From Chthonomonadales bacterium (GTDB lineage Bacteria > Armatimonadota > Chthonomonadetes > Chthonomonadales > Chthonomonadaceae), in contig JBBQPO010000120.1 of the NCBI GenBank assembly GCA_038217285.1, forward strand, positions 1-17,550: a stretch of DNA of 17,550 bases. Reading direction: 5' to 3'. Position numbers and translations under genes: made by a program. Shown here piece after piece: positions 1 through 7,840 of this stretch. Numbering within the stretch: the first letter of the stretch is position 1; the number at the start of each line of letters is the position of its first letter. The notes under the pieces are model-generated. The model saw only the letters and a program-made list of their open reading frames with translations. It was not told the origin of the DNA and did no database searches.

Positions 1-531
1 CGACTTCACCCAGGATTGATGTCGTACCGCGGGCAGGGCGGGTGGCTTTACGGGTACGAACGACCAGTGGAGTGGGCTGCGACTGGCGTGCGTCGAGGTG
101 ACCGCCGATGTGGTTGCGGCCAGAGTCGGCGCCGGACCCCAATACGCTCCGCTCTGTACCCACCTCGCCAGGACGCCGATCTCTGCCTGCGAGAGTGGCC
201 CGGACGGAGGCATCTTCAGCGCATTCCGATACCGAACGGCGTTAATGAGCAGGCTCGCATCTGGGCTGCCGGGAACCATCGCCGGTCCACGGTGCCCACC
301 GGCGACCATTGCAGCGCGCGAATCGAGCCGAAGTCCGCCATTCGAAAGCTTGGGACCATGGCAGTTGGCGCAACGATCGAGCACCAGGGGGCGGACGCTG
401 TTCTCGAAGAACGCAGCCGCGTCCTGATCTGGTGGCGTTTCGCTGAGTGAGGCGCCCACTGCGAGCGCGAACAGTGCCGACGAAAGGATGGTTGCTACCG
501 CGGGGGTTCCGTACCGCAGGCAAATGCGCAT
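1..531 (-). CDS. Planctomycete-type cytochrome c domain protein (PSCyt1, probably followed by DUF1549/DUF1553); 3' end runs off the window
   Basis: Not in the ORF track because there is no stop in the window. Manual translation from ATG at 531 (GGGAG upstream) is open to base 1: MRICLRYGTPAVATILSSALFALAVGASLSETPPDQDAAAFFENSVRPLVLDRCANCHGPKLSNGGLRLDSRAAMVAGGHRGPAMVPGSPDASLLINAVRY..KMPPSGPLSQAEIGVLARWVQSGA..HWSFVPVKPPALPAVRHQSWVKS. It has a signal peptide, a CxxCH haem motif (CANCH), the GGLRLD/MPP motifs and the HWSF segment that precedes DUF1549. Confidence 0.93.
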   Translation of the reverse strand, partial: MRICLRYGTPAVATILSSALFALAVGASLSETPPDQDAAAFFENSVRPLVLDRCANCHGPKLSNGGLRLDSRAAMVAGGHRGPAMVPGSPDASLLINAVRYRNALKMPPSGPLSQAEIGVLARWVQSGAYWGPAPTLAATTSAVTSTHASRSPLHWSFVPVKPPALPAVRHQSWVKS

Positions 532-555
532 TAACTGGGCTCCCGGCCATCATTC

Positions 556-2220
556 TCAATGCGATGGATTCGCAATTTTCGCCAGATTGATGTAGTCGTA
601 CGTTCCGCCATTATCTTCGGCGATTCCCTTTAACAGTCGCATACCGGGGAATCTCTCACCAAGCCCGAGCGCGAGCGTAGTGATTTTGATGCCGTGAGTA
701 TTCTTCTCCCGAATGTAATTACGGAGCGTCATGAAGTCACCGACCATACCATTCAGGTTGTTGTCGACTACCGGATCGCGGTTTGGCTCACCATCCGACA
801 TCAGGAAGATGTGCGTGATGCCGTTCATGTCGAAAGCAAGGTCCAGGGCGCCGGAGATATTGGTTCCATCCGCTACGTTGCGGTCTTCGACCCAGGCGCG
901 AGCATTCGCGACATTGGCGAGCGTCGCCGGAACGGAGTCGTCGCTAAAACACCTTGCGTGGCGCCAGAACACGACGATGTTGAATGTGTCGGACCGGCGC
1001 AGCTCACCGAGCGCCTTTTTCAGCGCCTCCTTCGCCTTGCCGAGCTTGTTTCCGTCACGCATGCTGCCGGAGACGTCCAGAGCATACACGATATGGATAG
1101 GCCCGTCTTCGCCGCCGGCACGGTGCGTACCGAATACCGCACCGCGGCCGAGCGCTCCATCGCGGGTCCCTGCGTTATCGCCGCCACCCAATAAGCCGGC
1201 GATGTTGCCGAACGGGACTCCGCGCATTCTTCCCGGCGGCGCGGCGTCATCGGCGCCTTCTCCGATGGCATTGCCGTGCCCGCGGCCGTAACCGTTGCCG
1301 TTACCACCGATTCCCGGCAGTTCGGCGCCGCGGCCTCGTCCGCCTCCGGGCGCCCTGGTACCGATCTCCGTGCCTTCGTCCGCGGCGCCGATTCCGCCCC
1401 CGCGCGCTCTCCTGAGGCTGCCGATCGCGACCGTTCCATCCGCTTGAGCCCCGATTCCCTTGCCTGTGCCCGAGCCGATACCTCCCTTTGACCCTGTTCC
1501 AAGTCCGCCACGCGTTCCGGGGCCGATGCCTGGCTTGTCGTCCGGTATGCCGTCGCCCAGTGGGTTGTCCCCGTTGACCGAGAGGATCGACCTTCCTCCT
1601 CCGCCGCCGATACGCGGAGCGACAATGGGAAGGTTCTCGCCGCCTCGCCCGCCTCCCGTGTAGAGCACGTCCTCCTTCGGCGATTCTGGCGCGGCCAGAC
1701 CATCGTGCCCGCCGGGACTAGGCGCGGGCGAGGGGGCGCCGCCGCCTTCTACGAGCGGGTGATTGTTTCGGGCGATACGCATCCTCAACGGCGCTGCAAG
1801 CGTCCTCTCGGGCAATGGGCTGGCAGCAGGCGCCTCCGCGGCTACCCTTTCGGGGAGCTCTACGGACGTCCGCTTCGGTCTGACCGTGGTCGGCAGAGGG
1901 TTGGTGCCGGCGACTGTGCGCTGAATACTTTGAGGTTCAAATGCGACACGTCGGATAGTCGCAACTTGAAAGGCTGCCACGGCAATCGGCCGCCGGCCAA
2001 CTGCGACGCTGTGCCTCGATGGAGGCTTAGTCGCCGCCCGCTTTGGTTCGGGCTTTGGTAGCGCCGGCTGAGCTGAAGGCTCAAACGCAACCTCGATGCT
2101 GGATGATTCCGGCTCGGTAGGCCGGTTGGTCGCTCCTCGCGTGACGACGGCAATGGTCAAATGCATCAGGATGGATACGACGCAGAATACCGGCAGCCAG
2201 AACCAGCGTTCGATGCGCAT
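556..2220 (-). CDS. Membrane-anchored protein with TonB/TolA-like N-terminus, Pro-rich and Gly-rich linker, and C-terminal vWA domain
   Basis: Start placed at ATG 2220 (AAGGA RBS upstream) rather than 2268. The N-terminal TM helix carries SxxxH (S16-ILM-H20), followed by a PALPKPEPK Pro-rich tract and a long Gly-rich tract. The vWA domain has a complete MIDAS: DVSGS, GTN, MSDG. Confidence 0.9.
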   Translation of the reverse strand: MRIERWFWLPVFCVVSILMHLTIAVVTRGATNRPTEPESSSIEVAFEPSAQPALPKPEPKRAATKPPSRHSVAVGRRPIAVAAFQVATIRRVAFEPQSIQRTVAGTNPLPTTVRPKRTSVELPERVAAEAPAASPLPERTLAAPLRMRIARNNHPLVEGGGAPSPAPSPGGHDGLAAPESPKEDVLYTGGGRGGENLPIVAPRIGGGGGRSILSVNGDNPLGDGIPDDKPGIGPGTRGGLGTGSKGGIGSGTGKGIGAQADGTVAIGSLRRARGGGIGAADEGTEIGTRAPGGGRGRGAELPGIGGNGNGYGRGHGNAIGEGADDAAPPGRMRGVPFGNIAGLLGGGDNAGTRDGALGRGAVFGTHRAGGEDGPIHIVYALDVSGSMRDGNKLGKAKEALKKALGELRRSDTFNIVVFWRHARCFSDDSVPATLANVANARAWVEDRNVADGTNISGALDLAFDMNGITHIFLMSDGEPNRDPVVDNNLNGMVGDFMTLRNYIREKNTHGIKITTLALGLGERFPGMRLLKGIAEDNGGTYDYINLAKIANPSH

Positions 2221-2357
2221 GGCAGTTTCCTTACTCGTACTTTGACTCTGCACACAAAGCCGGTCCAATTGCTTTCTTACACGGCAGTCACAACGGCTTC
2301 ATGAATCAGCGTGTCGCCGGCCCCGGTTCGGACTGTCCGGCAATACCGGTTTTCGCC

Positions 2358-2795
2358 CTATGTCCCCCGAACCGCATTTTGATCCAGTCGGGGGTTAGTC
2401 GGCAGGTTGATATGCTTGATGTTTGCCAGACTGATGATGTCCATCGCGTGACTTACTCTTCCGTAGGGGACGCCCTCGTCGCCCTTAACCAGGACGCGAA
2501 CGTCATGGTTCCTTCGATATGCCGATTGTAGTGTCTGCAGGAGCGCCGCGTCGGTAGGATTTGAACCATCCAGCCAGAACTTTCCATGACGGTCGATGCT
2601 GACGACAATGTCCTTCGGCGTTTCCGGCTTACCCTGGCGGGACGTCGACTCAGGGAGCTTCAGCGCAAATCCCGGCTGTTTCACAAAGGTGGTGGTGATC
2701 ATCATGATGATCAGCAGTGTCAGGGAGATGTCGATCAACGGGATCATGTTCATCTCGGCTACCGGATCGTCCTCGTTTCTTCCGCCGGCGTGCAT
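2358..2795 (-). CDS. exbD: ExbD/TolR family biopolymer transporter subunit
   Basis: AEMNMIPLIDISLTLLIIMMITT TM segment with the conserved Asp, and the periplasmic VLVKGDEGVPYGRV motif. The symbol is at family level only. Confidence 0.96.
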   Translation of the reverse strand: MHAGGRNEDDPVAEMNMIPLIDISLTLLIIMMITTTFVKQPGFALKLPESTSRQGKPETPKDIVVSIDRHGKFWLDGSNPTDAALLQTLQSAYRRNHDVRVLVKGDEGVPYGRVSHAMDIISLANIKHINLPTNPRLDQNAVRGT

Positions 2796-2796
2796 G

Positions 2797-3435
2797 TCAG
2801 GCCTCCTGTGGCTGTCGCGAGCGTGCGGAGCCGCTGCGGATCAGCGGAATTAATCGAGAAACGTGGCTTTGGACGTGCAGAAGCGATGCTTGGACATGTC
2901 CGAGGAGAAAGTTGTAGGCGATCACGCTCGGAATCGCGACCAGGAGCCCAAGTGCAGTGGCCGCGAGCGCCTCGGCTATATCGCCGGTAATTCTCTCGCT
3001 GCTCAGGCCCCCGACCTTCATCGTATCGAACGAGTGCATCACGCCAAGCACCGTTCCGAAGAGGCCGATAAACGGCGCGATGCTTCCGATAGTCGCGAGC
3101 GCATTCATGAAGCGTCGGAGTCGCATTCGCTGCAATGACAGAGCAATCTCGCTTGCCTGCCAGAGCGCGTTCTCCGTCGCGCCGCGCAGAGACGCCAGGG
3201 TTGCAACGATCTGGGCTACCGGAGCGACAGCCAGCGACGGGTCGCTCGGCGTATATTCCGCGCCGTTTTCAAGCGAATCCTTGATGATCTTAAATGCCGC
3301 GTCTTCGCGCTCTCGGATCCACCGCAGCACAAAGAGTCGCTCGAGCACGATCGCGAGTGCAAGCACCGAACAGACGCCGAGCGGCCAGGCGACAATCCGC
3401 GCCTTGACGAACAGGTCGATGAGATTGAAGGTCAT
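2797..3435 (-). CDS. exbB: MotA/TolQ/ExbB proton channel family protein
   Basis: LATIGSIAPFIGLFGTVLGVMHSF and IAEALAATALGLLVAIP motifs, three TM helices, and a 1-nt gap to exbD. The symbol is at family level only. Confidence 0.96.
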   Translation of the reverse strand: MTFNLIDLFVKARIVAWPLGVCSVLALAIVLERLFVLRWIREREDAAFKIIKDSLENGAEYTPSDPSLAVAPVAQIVATLASLRGATENALWQASEIALSLQRMRLRRFMNALATIGSIAPFIGLFGTVLGVMHSFDTMKVGGLSSERITGDIAEALAATALGLLVAIPSVIAYNFLLGHVQASLLHVQSHVSRLIPLIRSGSARSRQPQEA

Positions 3436-3498
3436 ACTTCTTTCCTGATACTACCGATAGATTTCCGTTTTGATCCCAATGGCCAGATTGAGTAACCG

Positions 3499-5670
3499 CT
3501 AACTCCCTTTGACGGCCTTGAGCGCGGCGAGCCGAGTCTTGGCGTTAGCGATCCGCATGTGCTTGGGATATCTGTCGACGAGAGCGGTGAGGCGAGCAAT
3601 GGCTTCGTCCTTCTTGTTTGACTTCGAGTAGGCGACGCCTGCCCAATACAGCGCCTCGGGAATGAACTCACCCGCGCTCTTGCTATCCGCCACGATATTG
3701 TACTCCGAGGCCGCTTCCACGAACTTATCCTGGCGATAGTATGCGGCTCCCAGATTGAATCGGCCCTCCAGCGTAAACGGGCTATTTGGAAAGTCGGTCA
3801 CGAGTTGCAGGTATTTCGCCTGGGCCTCGGGCCACTTCTCCGCCTTGCTCAGGGCGTCGCCCGATCGTAGGAGGGCTTGCGCGGCATATTCGCTCTTGGG
3901 AAAGTCGGTCGTGATCTTTTGCCAGACGGCCAGCGCGTCGTCACTCTTCTTCTGACGTTCGTAAGTCGTGGCCTGAACGTAAAGAACGGTTGCGATAGTC
4001 TCAGGAGAAGGTGTCTGTTCGAGAAGGGTTTTGCACCCTTCGAGCGCGGCGTCCCACTTCTGCTCCTCGAGGAGAGCCTGGACCAGAGCAAGTCGAGACT
4101 GTTCGACCTGCTCTTTAGGTCGATTAAATGTGAGCGCCGCGCTTGCCGCCTGTTCGGCTTTTGCCGGCCTTTTCAGGTCGAGATAGAGCCAGGCCAGGCT
4201 TGCCTGGACATCGCCTGCCCAGGGAGCGTCGGCCTTGAGACGCAGAGCTTCGCTATATGCCGCGACGGCAGAAGCCGCTTTCTTCTCAGCCTCGAATGTA
4301 ACGCCGAGAAGATATTGAGCCTCCGCCGCGACGTCCTTCTCCGGAGTTGATTCCAATAGCGCGCCAAGTCGTGTCTCCGCCTCCAGGTAACGGCTTGCGT
4401 GAATATCTTTACGCGCGGCTAGAATCGCTCCTCGTGTCTTCTCGCCCTTCATCTCCAGGAGAGCCTGCTTCGCCTCCGCTGCCTCAGGCGACTGCGGATA
4501 GCTCGTCACGACAGCCTGATATCCGAGTCTTGCGGCATCAGGCAGCTTTGCGTTTTGATAGGAATCCGCGGCGCGCAACTGTGCCTTGGATGCAAGAGAC
4601 TGCGCGGGAAAGCGCGAAACGTACCGGCTGAACTGTGCCGCTGCATCGGCGTGCTTGTTCATCGCCAGTGCGGCATTTCCGGCCCAGTAGAGTCCTTCCC
4701 CGGAAACGGCGGGCTCCAGCGACTTTGACGCGTCGACATAGGAGGTGTAAGCGAGGTCGTAATCCTTGAGGTGATAGCGGCAGTGTCCAAGACTCAACTG
4801 CGCTCGGAACCGCTGCGAGTCGCCGGGCGTAAGTCGACTGACGGCCGACTCGAGACGACCGATCGCGGCATCGTAATCATGCATCGCCAGGAGACACTGG
4901 ATCAGGCCGTCCTCTGCAGCGGCCTGCAGCTTCTGTCCCTTTTGCGTGGTTTTGAAGTCCTTCAGCAGGGATTCGAAGCCCGCTCGTGCCTCTGGAAGTC
5001 GATTGGCTTCAAGATCGAGCTGCGCGAGCATGAGTGCAGCCTGCGGCCTGTCCTCGCTCGCGGGATACCGCGCAATCAGGATACTGAAATCCGCCCGGGC
5101 CTCGTCTTTTTTCTTGAGCTTCAGTGCCGCGAGCCCCGCCCCGTAGCACGCTCCATCGGCGACGTCGCTCTTGCCGTAGCTGCGAACTATCGTATTGTAC
5201 GCCTGCTGCGCTAAGTCATACTTCTGCTGTTGGTAGTCTGCCTGCGCGAGCCAATACCAGGCGGCCGCCGCCTGCTCCGGTTTGAGCGTCCCCTTGACCG
5301 CAACCTCCAGCGCCGCCTCAGCTTTGTCGTATACGTGCGCGAACGTTGCGGCCTCGCCCAGGCCCAGATAGGCGAGTTGCGAAACGGAGGCTTCTTTCGA
5401 AGCGATCGCCTTTTCATAGGCCGCAATCGCCTGGGGATACTGTTTCAGTTCCGAGCGACATCGGCCCAGTGTAAACGCGACGGGCCCTGCCTTTGCATGA
5501 CGAGGCGTCGCCGCGAGGAACGCATCCAGCTTCAGTGCGGCCTCGGAGTACTTCTCCGCGTTGAAGAGCGCCGATGCGGCCGCGATCTGTTCGTCCGGCG
5601 TTTCAGCTCGGACGGTGGTAGTGGCAAGGCTCACGAGGAGACAGCAGACCAGAGGGCTGAACTTACTCAT
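3499..5670 (-). CDS. Secreted multi-TPR protein (CpoB/YbgF- or BamD-like repeats)
   Basis: Sec signal peptide (MSKFSPLVCCLLVSLATTTVRA) and GGGAG RBS. TPR helix pairs span the whole length, with recurring [YF]PxS turns (RYPAS, SYPQS, DFPKS, DFPNS) and the related RYPKH near the C-terminus. Confidence 0.93.
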   Translation of the reverse strand: MSKFSPLVCCLLVSLATTTVRAETPDEQIAAASALFNAEKYSEAALKLDAFLAATPRHAKAGPVAFTLGRCRSELKQYPQAIAAYEKAIASKEASVSQLAYLGLGEAATFAHVYDKAEAALEVAVKGTLKPEQAAAAWYWLAQADYQQQKYDLAQQAYNTIVRSYGKSDVADGACYGAGLAALKLKKKDEARADFSILIARYPASEDRPQAALMLAQLDLEANRLPEARAGFESLLKDFKTTQKGQKLQAAAEDGLIQCLLAMHDYDAAIGRLESAVSRLTPGDSQRFRAQLSLGHCRYHLKDYDLAYTSYVDASKSLEPAVSGEGLYWAGNAALAMNKHADAAAQFSRYVSRFPAQSLASKAQLRAADSYQNAKLPDAARLGYQAVVTSYPQSPEAAEAKQALLEMKGEKTRGAILAARKDIHASRYLEAETRLGALLESTPEKDVAAEAQYLLGVTFEAEKKAASAVAAYSEALRLKADAPWAGDVQASLAWLYLDLKRPAKAEQAASAALTFNRPKEQVEQSRLALVQALLEEQKWDAALEGCKTLLEQTPSPETIATVLYVQATTYERQKKSDDALAVWQKITTDFPKSEYAAQALLRSGDALSKAEKWPEAQAKYLQLVTDFPNSPFTLEGRFNLGAAYYRQDKFVEAASEYNIVADSKSAGEFIPEALYWAGVAYSKSNKKDEAIARLTALVDRYPKHMRIANAKTRLAALKAVKGS

Positions 5671-5817
5671 ACTCCCGGTACTCCGTAATTCTAAGGTAGA
5701 CCATTAGACCCGATTTCGACGGGATAGTTGCTGAATAAGCCCTCGCAGTCGAGCGCTCCACAATAGTATAGACGTCTGCTTCCGGCCGATTATCGCAGAA
5801 CGAATCCAACAAACAGA

Positions 5818-5845
5818 CAAGCAGGAGACAACTGTCTCCTGCTTG
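5818..5845. terminator. Perfect 13-bp inverted repeat; possible minus-strand intrinsic terminator or operator
   Basis: CAAGCAGGAGACA-AC-TGTCTCCTGCTTG. On the minus strand it is followed by TCTGTTTGTT. The repeat is certain; the function is inferred. Confidence 0.55.
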
Positions 5846-5871
5846 AGTCTACACTGATTCTTCGATCATTC

Positions 5872-5891
5872 GAGGTTCTTGCAAATGTCTG
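5872..5891. repeat. IS terminal inverted repeat (downstream of transposase)
   Basis: GAGGTTCTTGCAAATGTCTG, 16/20 identical to the reverse complement of 7247-7266. Confidence 0.75.
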
Positions 5892-6081
5892 CGATTTGGC
5901 AAGGACCCTTGATACCATCGTGTCCTGTATTGCGTTAAAATACAATACAGTCGTCAGTTTGTGTTGATCGACTACCGGTTTTGGCCAATTTGCCAATTGG
6001 GTGGCGTACAGAGCTATTGGAGAACCCCTGAGCGAGTCCACCAACCTATGAGTACCGTCGTTTTGACGCTCGATCCCGGGC

Positions 6082-7179
6082 TCAGCCGCTGAATATCTGC
6101 CGCAACGCGTCGGCAAACAATGCCATGACTCCGAACATGATATGCATGTGTGCCTTGGCATGTCCGCGTACACGCAGGTGGCGCAAGCCGAACTCATCCT
6201 TGAGGCGACTGTTACCGCGTTCCGCCGTTGATCGCTCGTTATAGCGGCGCAGACGGTCCGGATCCCAGGGCTTCGGATTGGAACGCCTTGGATTGGGATC
6301 GATCAGAGCGACGTGACCTAACTCTTGGCTTACCTTGTGAATCTGCTCGGCATCGTAGGCGCTGTCCATCAGGTCATAGAGTGAGGTTACTCGTAACGCC
6401 GTCGTTCGTGCCATTGGAATGGCAACCTGATTGTCGTGCAAGGACGCCGAGGTCGTCAGGACATTCAGCGGTACGCCGCCGTCAGCCCAATCGATGTGGG
6501 CTTTCCAACCGGTCCACGAGTGGGAATTGCCTTTCGAGTCCTTCTTGGTTCCGACGTTGCAGACACGCGGCAACTCGGCAATTGCCTCTTCTGCGGTCTG
6601 ATCGAGCTGCCTGACCAACCGGGTTGGCTCCTTTGGAGGCCCTTCCTCGCCCTTCTTCGGGCGACCGCGCTTTCGCTTGGGCTTAGGCGCCGCCTTCACT
6701 TTCTTGGCGGGTTTTTCACGGGCGTTGACTTCTGTGGAATCGCGGCTGACATGCATGACGACCTTCTCGCCGACATGCTCCCTGACCAACGCTTCGTGCA
6801 CACGATCCCCCAATCCCTCCTTGGCAAATTGGGCGAAGGCGCGTGAGAAGGTGGAAGCGCTGGGAATATTGCGCTGATACTCGAAGCCACAGAGCCGCCG
6901 CAACGTCGGCTGTAGACGCATCATCTCGATCAACAATTCGGTCGTCGGCAAATCGTAGACAGCCTTGGCAAGGAACGCGCGAGCGATCGACCGGCGATCG
7001 CTCTGTTTGCGACCCATCCATTGGGCGAAGGGACTGGCAACAAACTGTTCGATCGACACCACGTCGAAGATACGAACAAGCTGTTTGAGTTTCTCAGTGA
7101 GCGGCTCTTCAACAACGATCTCTAGATGAGGGAAAAGCGAGACTTGAAATCTGTGCCAGTATTCTGATAGAATGGACAT
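6082..7179 (-). CDS. DDE transposase (DUF772-like N-terminus plus DDE_Tnp_1-like domain)
   Basis: LRRLCGF..IPSASTFSR N-terminal motif, catalytic SRDST and LMDSAYD, and the YREK signature YNERSTAERGNSRLK. It also has a basic KRKRGRPKK insert and an AAGGAG RBS. Confidence 0.95.
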   Translation of the reverse strand: MSILSEYWHRFQVSLFPHLEIVVEEPLTEKLKQLVRIFDVVSIEQFVASPFAQWMGRKQSDRRSIARAFLAKAVYDLPTTELLIEMMRLQPTLRRLCGFEYQRNIPSASTFSRAFAQFAKEGLGDRVHEALVREHVGEKVVMHVSRDSTEVNAREKPAKKVKAAPKPKRKRGRPKKGEEGPPKEPTRLVRQLDQTAEEAIAELPRVCNVGTKKDSKGNSHSWTGWKAHIDWADGGVPLNVLTTSASLHDNQVAIPMARTTALRVTSLYDLMDSAYDAEQIHKVSQELGHVALIDPNPRRSNPKPWDPDRLRRYNERSTAERGNSRLKDEFGLRHLRVRGHAKAHMHIMFGVMALFADALRQIFSG

Positions 7180-7182
7180 GTA

Positions 7183-7231
7183 GGCTCCTTGTATCTTTTG
7201 GTTTCGTCACTTAAAGATTCAACAAGGAGCC
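7183..7231 (-). promoter_or_regulatory. Stem-loop covering the transposase RBS
   Basis: GGCTCCTTGT (7183-7192) pairs with ACAAGGAGCC (7222-7231), and ATCTTT (7193-7198) pairs with AAAGAT (7213-7218). On the minus strand the first arm is the Shine-Dalgarno sequence of the ATG at 7179. Confidence 0.75.
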
Positions 7232-7246
7232 GAAATCCCCTACCTC

Positions 7247-7266
7247 CAGACTTTTGCAATTTCCTC
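7247..7266. repeat. IS terminal inverted repeat (upstream of transposase)
   Basis: CAGACTTTTGCAATTTCCTC, the partner of 5872-5891. Confidence 0.75.
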
Positions 7267-7711
7267 TCTAGTATACGATAGTCGTTGGCTTCCTCACGAA
7301 ATAATAGACAGTTCTTAGAGAGTCGCCTTGTAGAATGGTCTGAACGCCCATCTACAGGGCATTTTCATGCCGTTGTCCGTCTTGAATTTGCGCCTTCCAT
7401 GGCTGTTATGAGTGTTAGGCCGCCGGCTCCTTCAACGACCGTTCAAATACGGCATCACGTGTACGTGGCAACCACCGGCCCGACGAAGGCAAGGTCAGGA
7501 CAAGCGAGCGAAGCAGCCCAGCGGCGAAATGATCGTTGGGTTGAAGTGGAAGCATGTCTGCTTGTCCGGAACTGGAGAGACCAACTGTAATCCTTTTCAG
7601 AGATCTTAGGACCAGTTCGATACGGTGAGAGCAGGATTGCCGACCTGGCTCGGGACCGCTGGGAATGAGCGCAGCGGGCCCCTGCCGGGCAGCTGAGCGA
7701 CGAGCGCATTC

Positions 7712-7840
7712 ATGAACGTCGTTGTCGGCATTGCAATGCCCTGGCTTCTCATCGTCTTTGGCTGTTGGCTTAACTTCCAGTTAGTCCGTCAGAACGGGCG
7801 GATTCTGCTGCGCATGGAGAGGCTGGAAGAGCAGGTGTGA
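7712..7840 (+). pseudogene. 42-aa remnant (or small membrane protein) matching the N-terminus of the redoxin gene at 16554
   Basis: Manual translation MNVVVGIAMPWLLIVFGCWLNFQLVRQNGRILLRMERLEEQV* aligns with MTVTWIVILAPWSFLAICCRLGFLLVRQNG/RILMRLDGIED at 16554 onward. No thioredoxin domain follows. The stop overlaps the next GTG (GTGA). Confidence 0.75.

Larger units (their letters stand above)
5872..7266 (-). mobile_element. Insertion sequence, DDE type (IS5/IS1182-like, IS4 superfamily), 1395 bp
   Basis: Terminal inverted repeats match at 16/20: GAGGTTCTTGCAAATGTCTG (5872-5891) against the reverse complement of CAGACTTTTGCAATTTCCTC (7247-7266). They enclose a single transposase gene. Only a 2-bp TC/TC flank is visible as a possible target duplication. 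Confidence 0.8.

Noticed and set aside
16-559. ORFs 16-450 (+), 98-427 (+) and 242-559 (-)
   Set aside because: Shadow frames of the minus-strand cytochrome c gene at 1-531, with no recognisable motifs.
1100-1750. Gly-rich tract as a collagen-like or DNA tandem repeat
   Set aside because: No sustained Gly-X-Y period and no exact nucleotide repeat unit; treated as a low-complexity linker.
2221-2268. N-terminal extension of the vWA protein from TTG 2268
   Set aside because: The RBS sits just before ATG 2220, which gives a TonB-like anchor position.
5790-6197. 135-aa minus-strand ORF as an IS passenger gene
   Set aside because: It overlaps the transposase 3' end, crosses the IS boundary and has no motifs.
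7305-7336. TAGAGAG..TAGAAT as a third copy of the GAGA promoter motif
   Set aside because: The hexamers and spacing do not match the two good copies.
7285-7709. ORFs 7285-7590, 7412-7609 and 7455-7709
   Set aside because: No RBS or family signal that I can recognise. The region may be decayed sequence, and a translated search would be needed.
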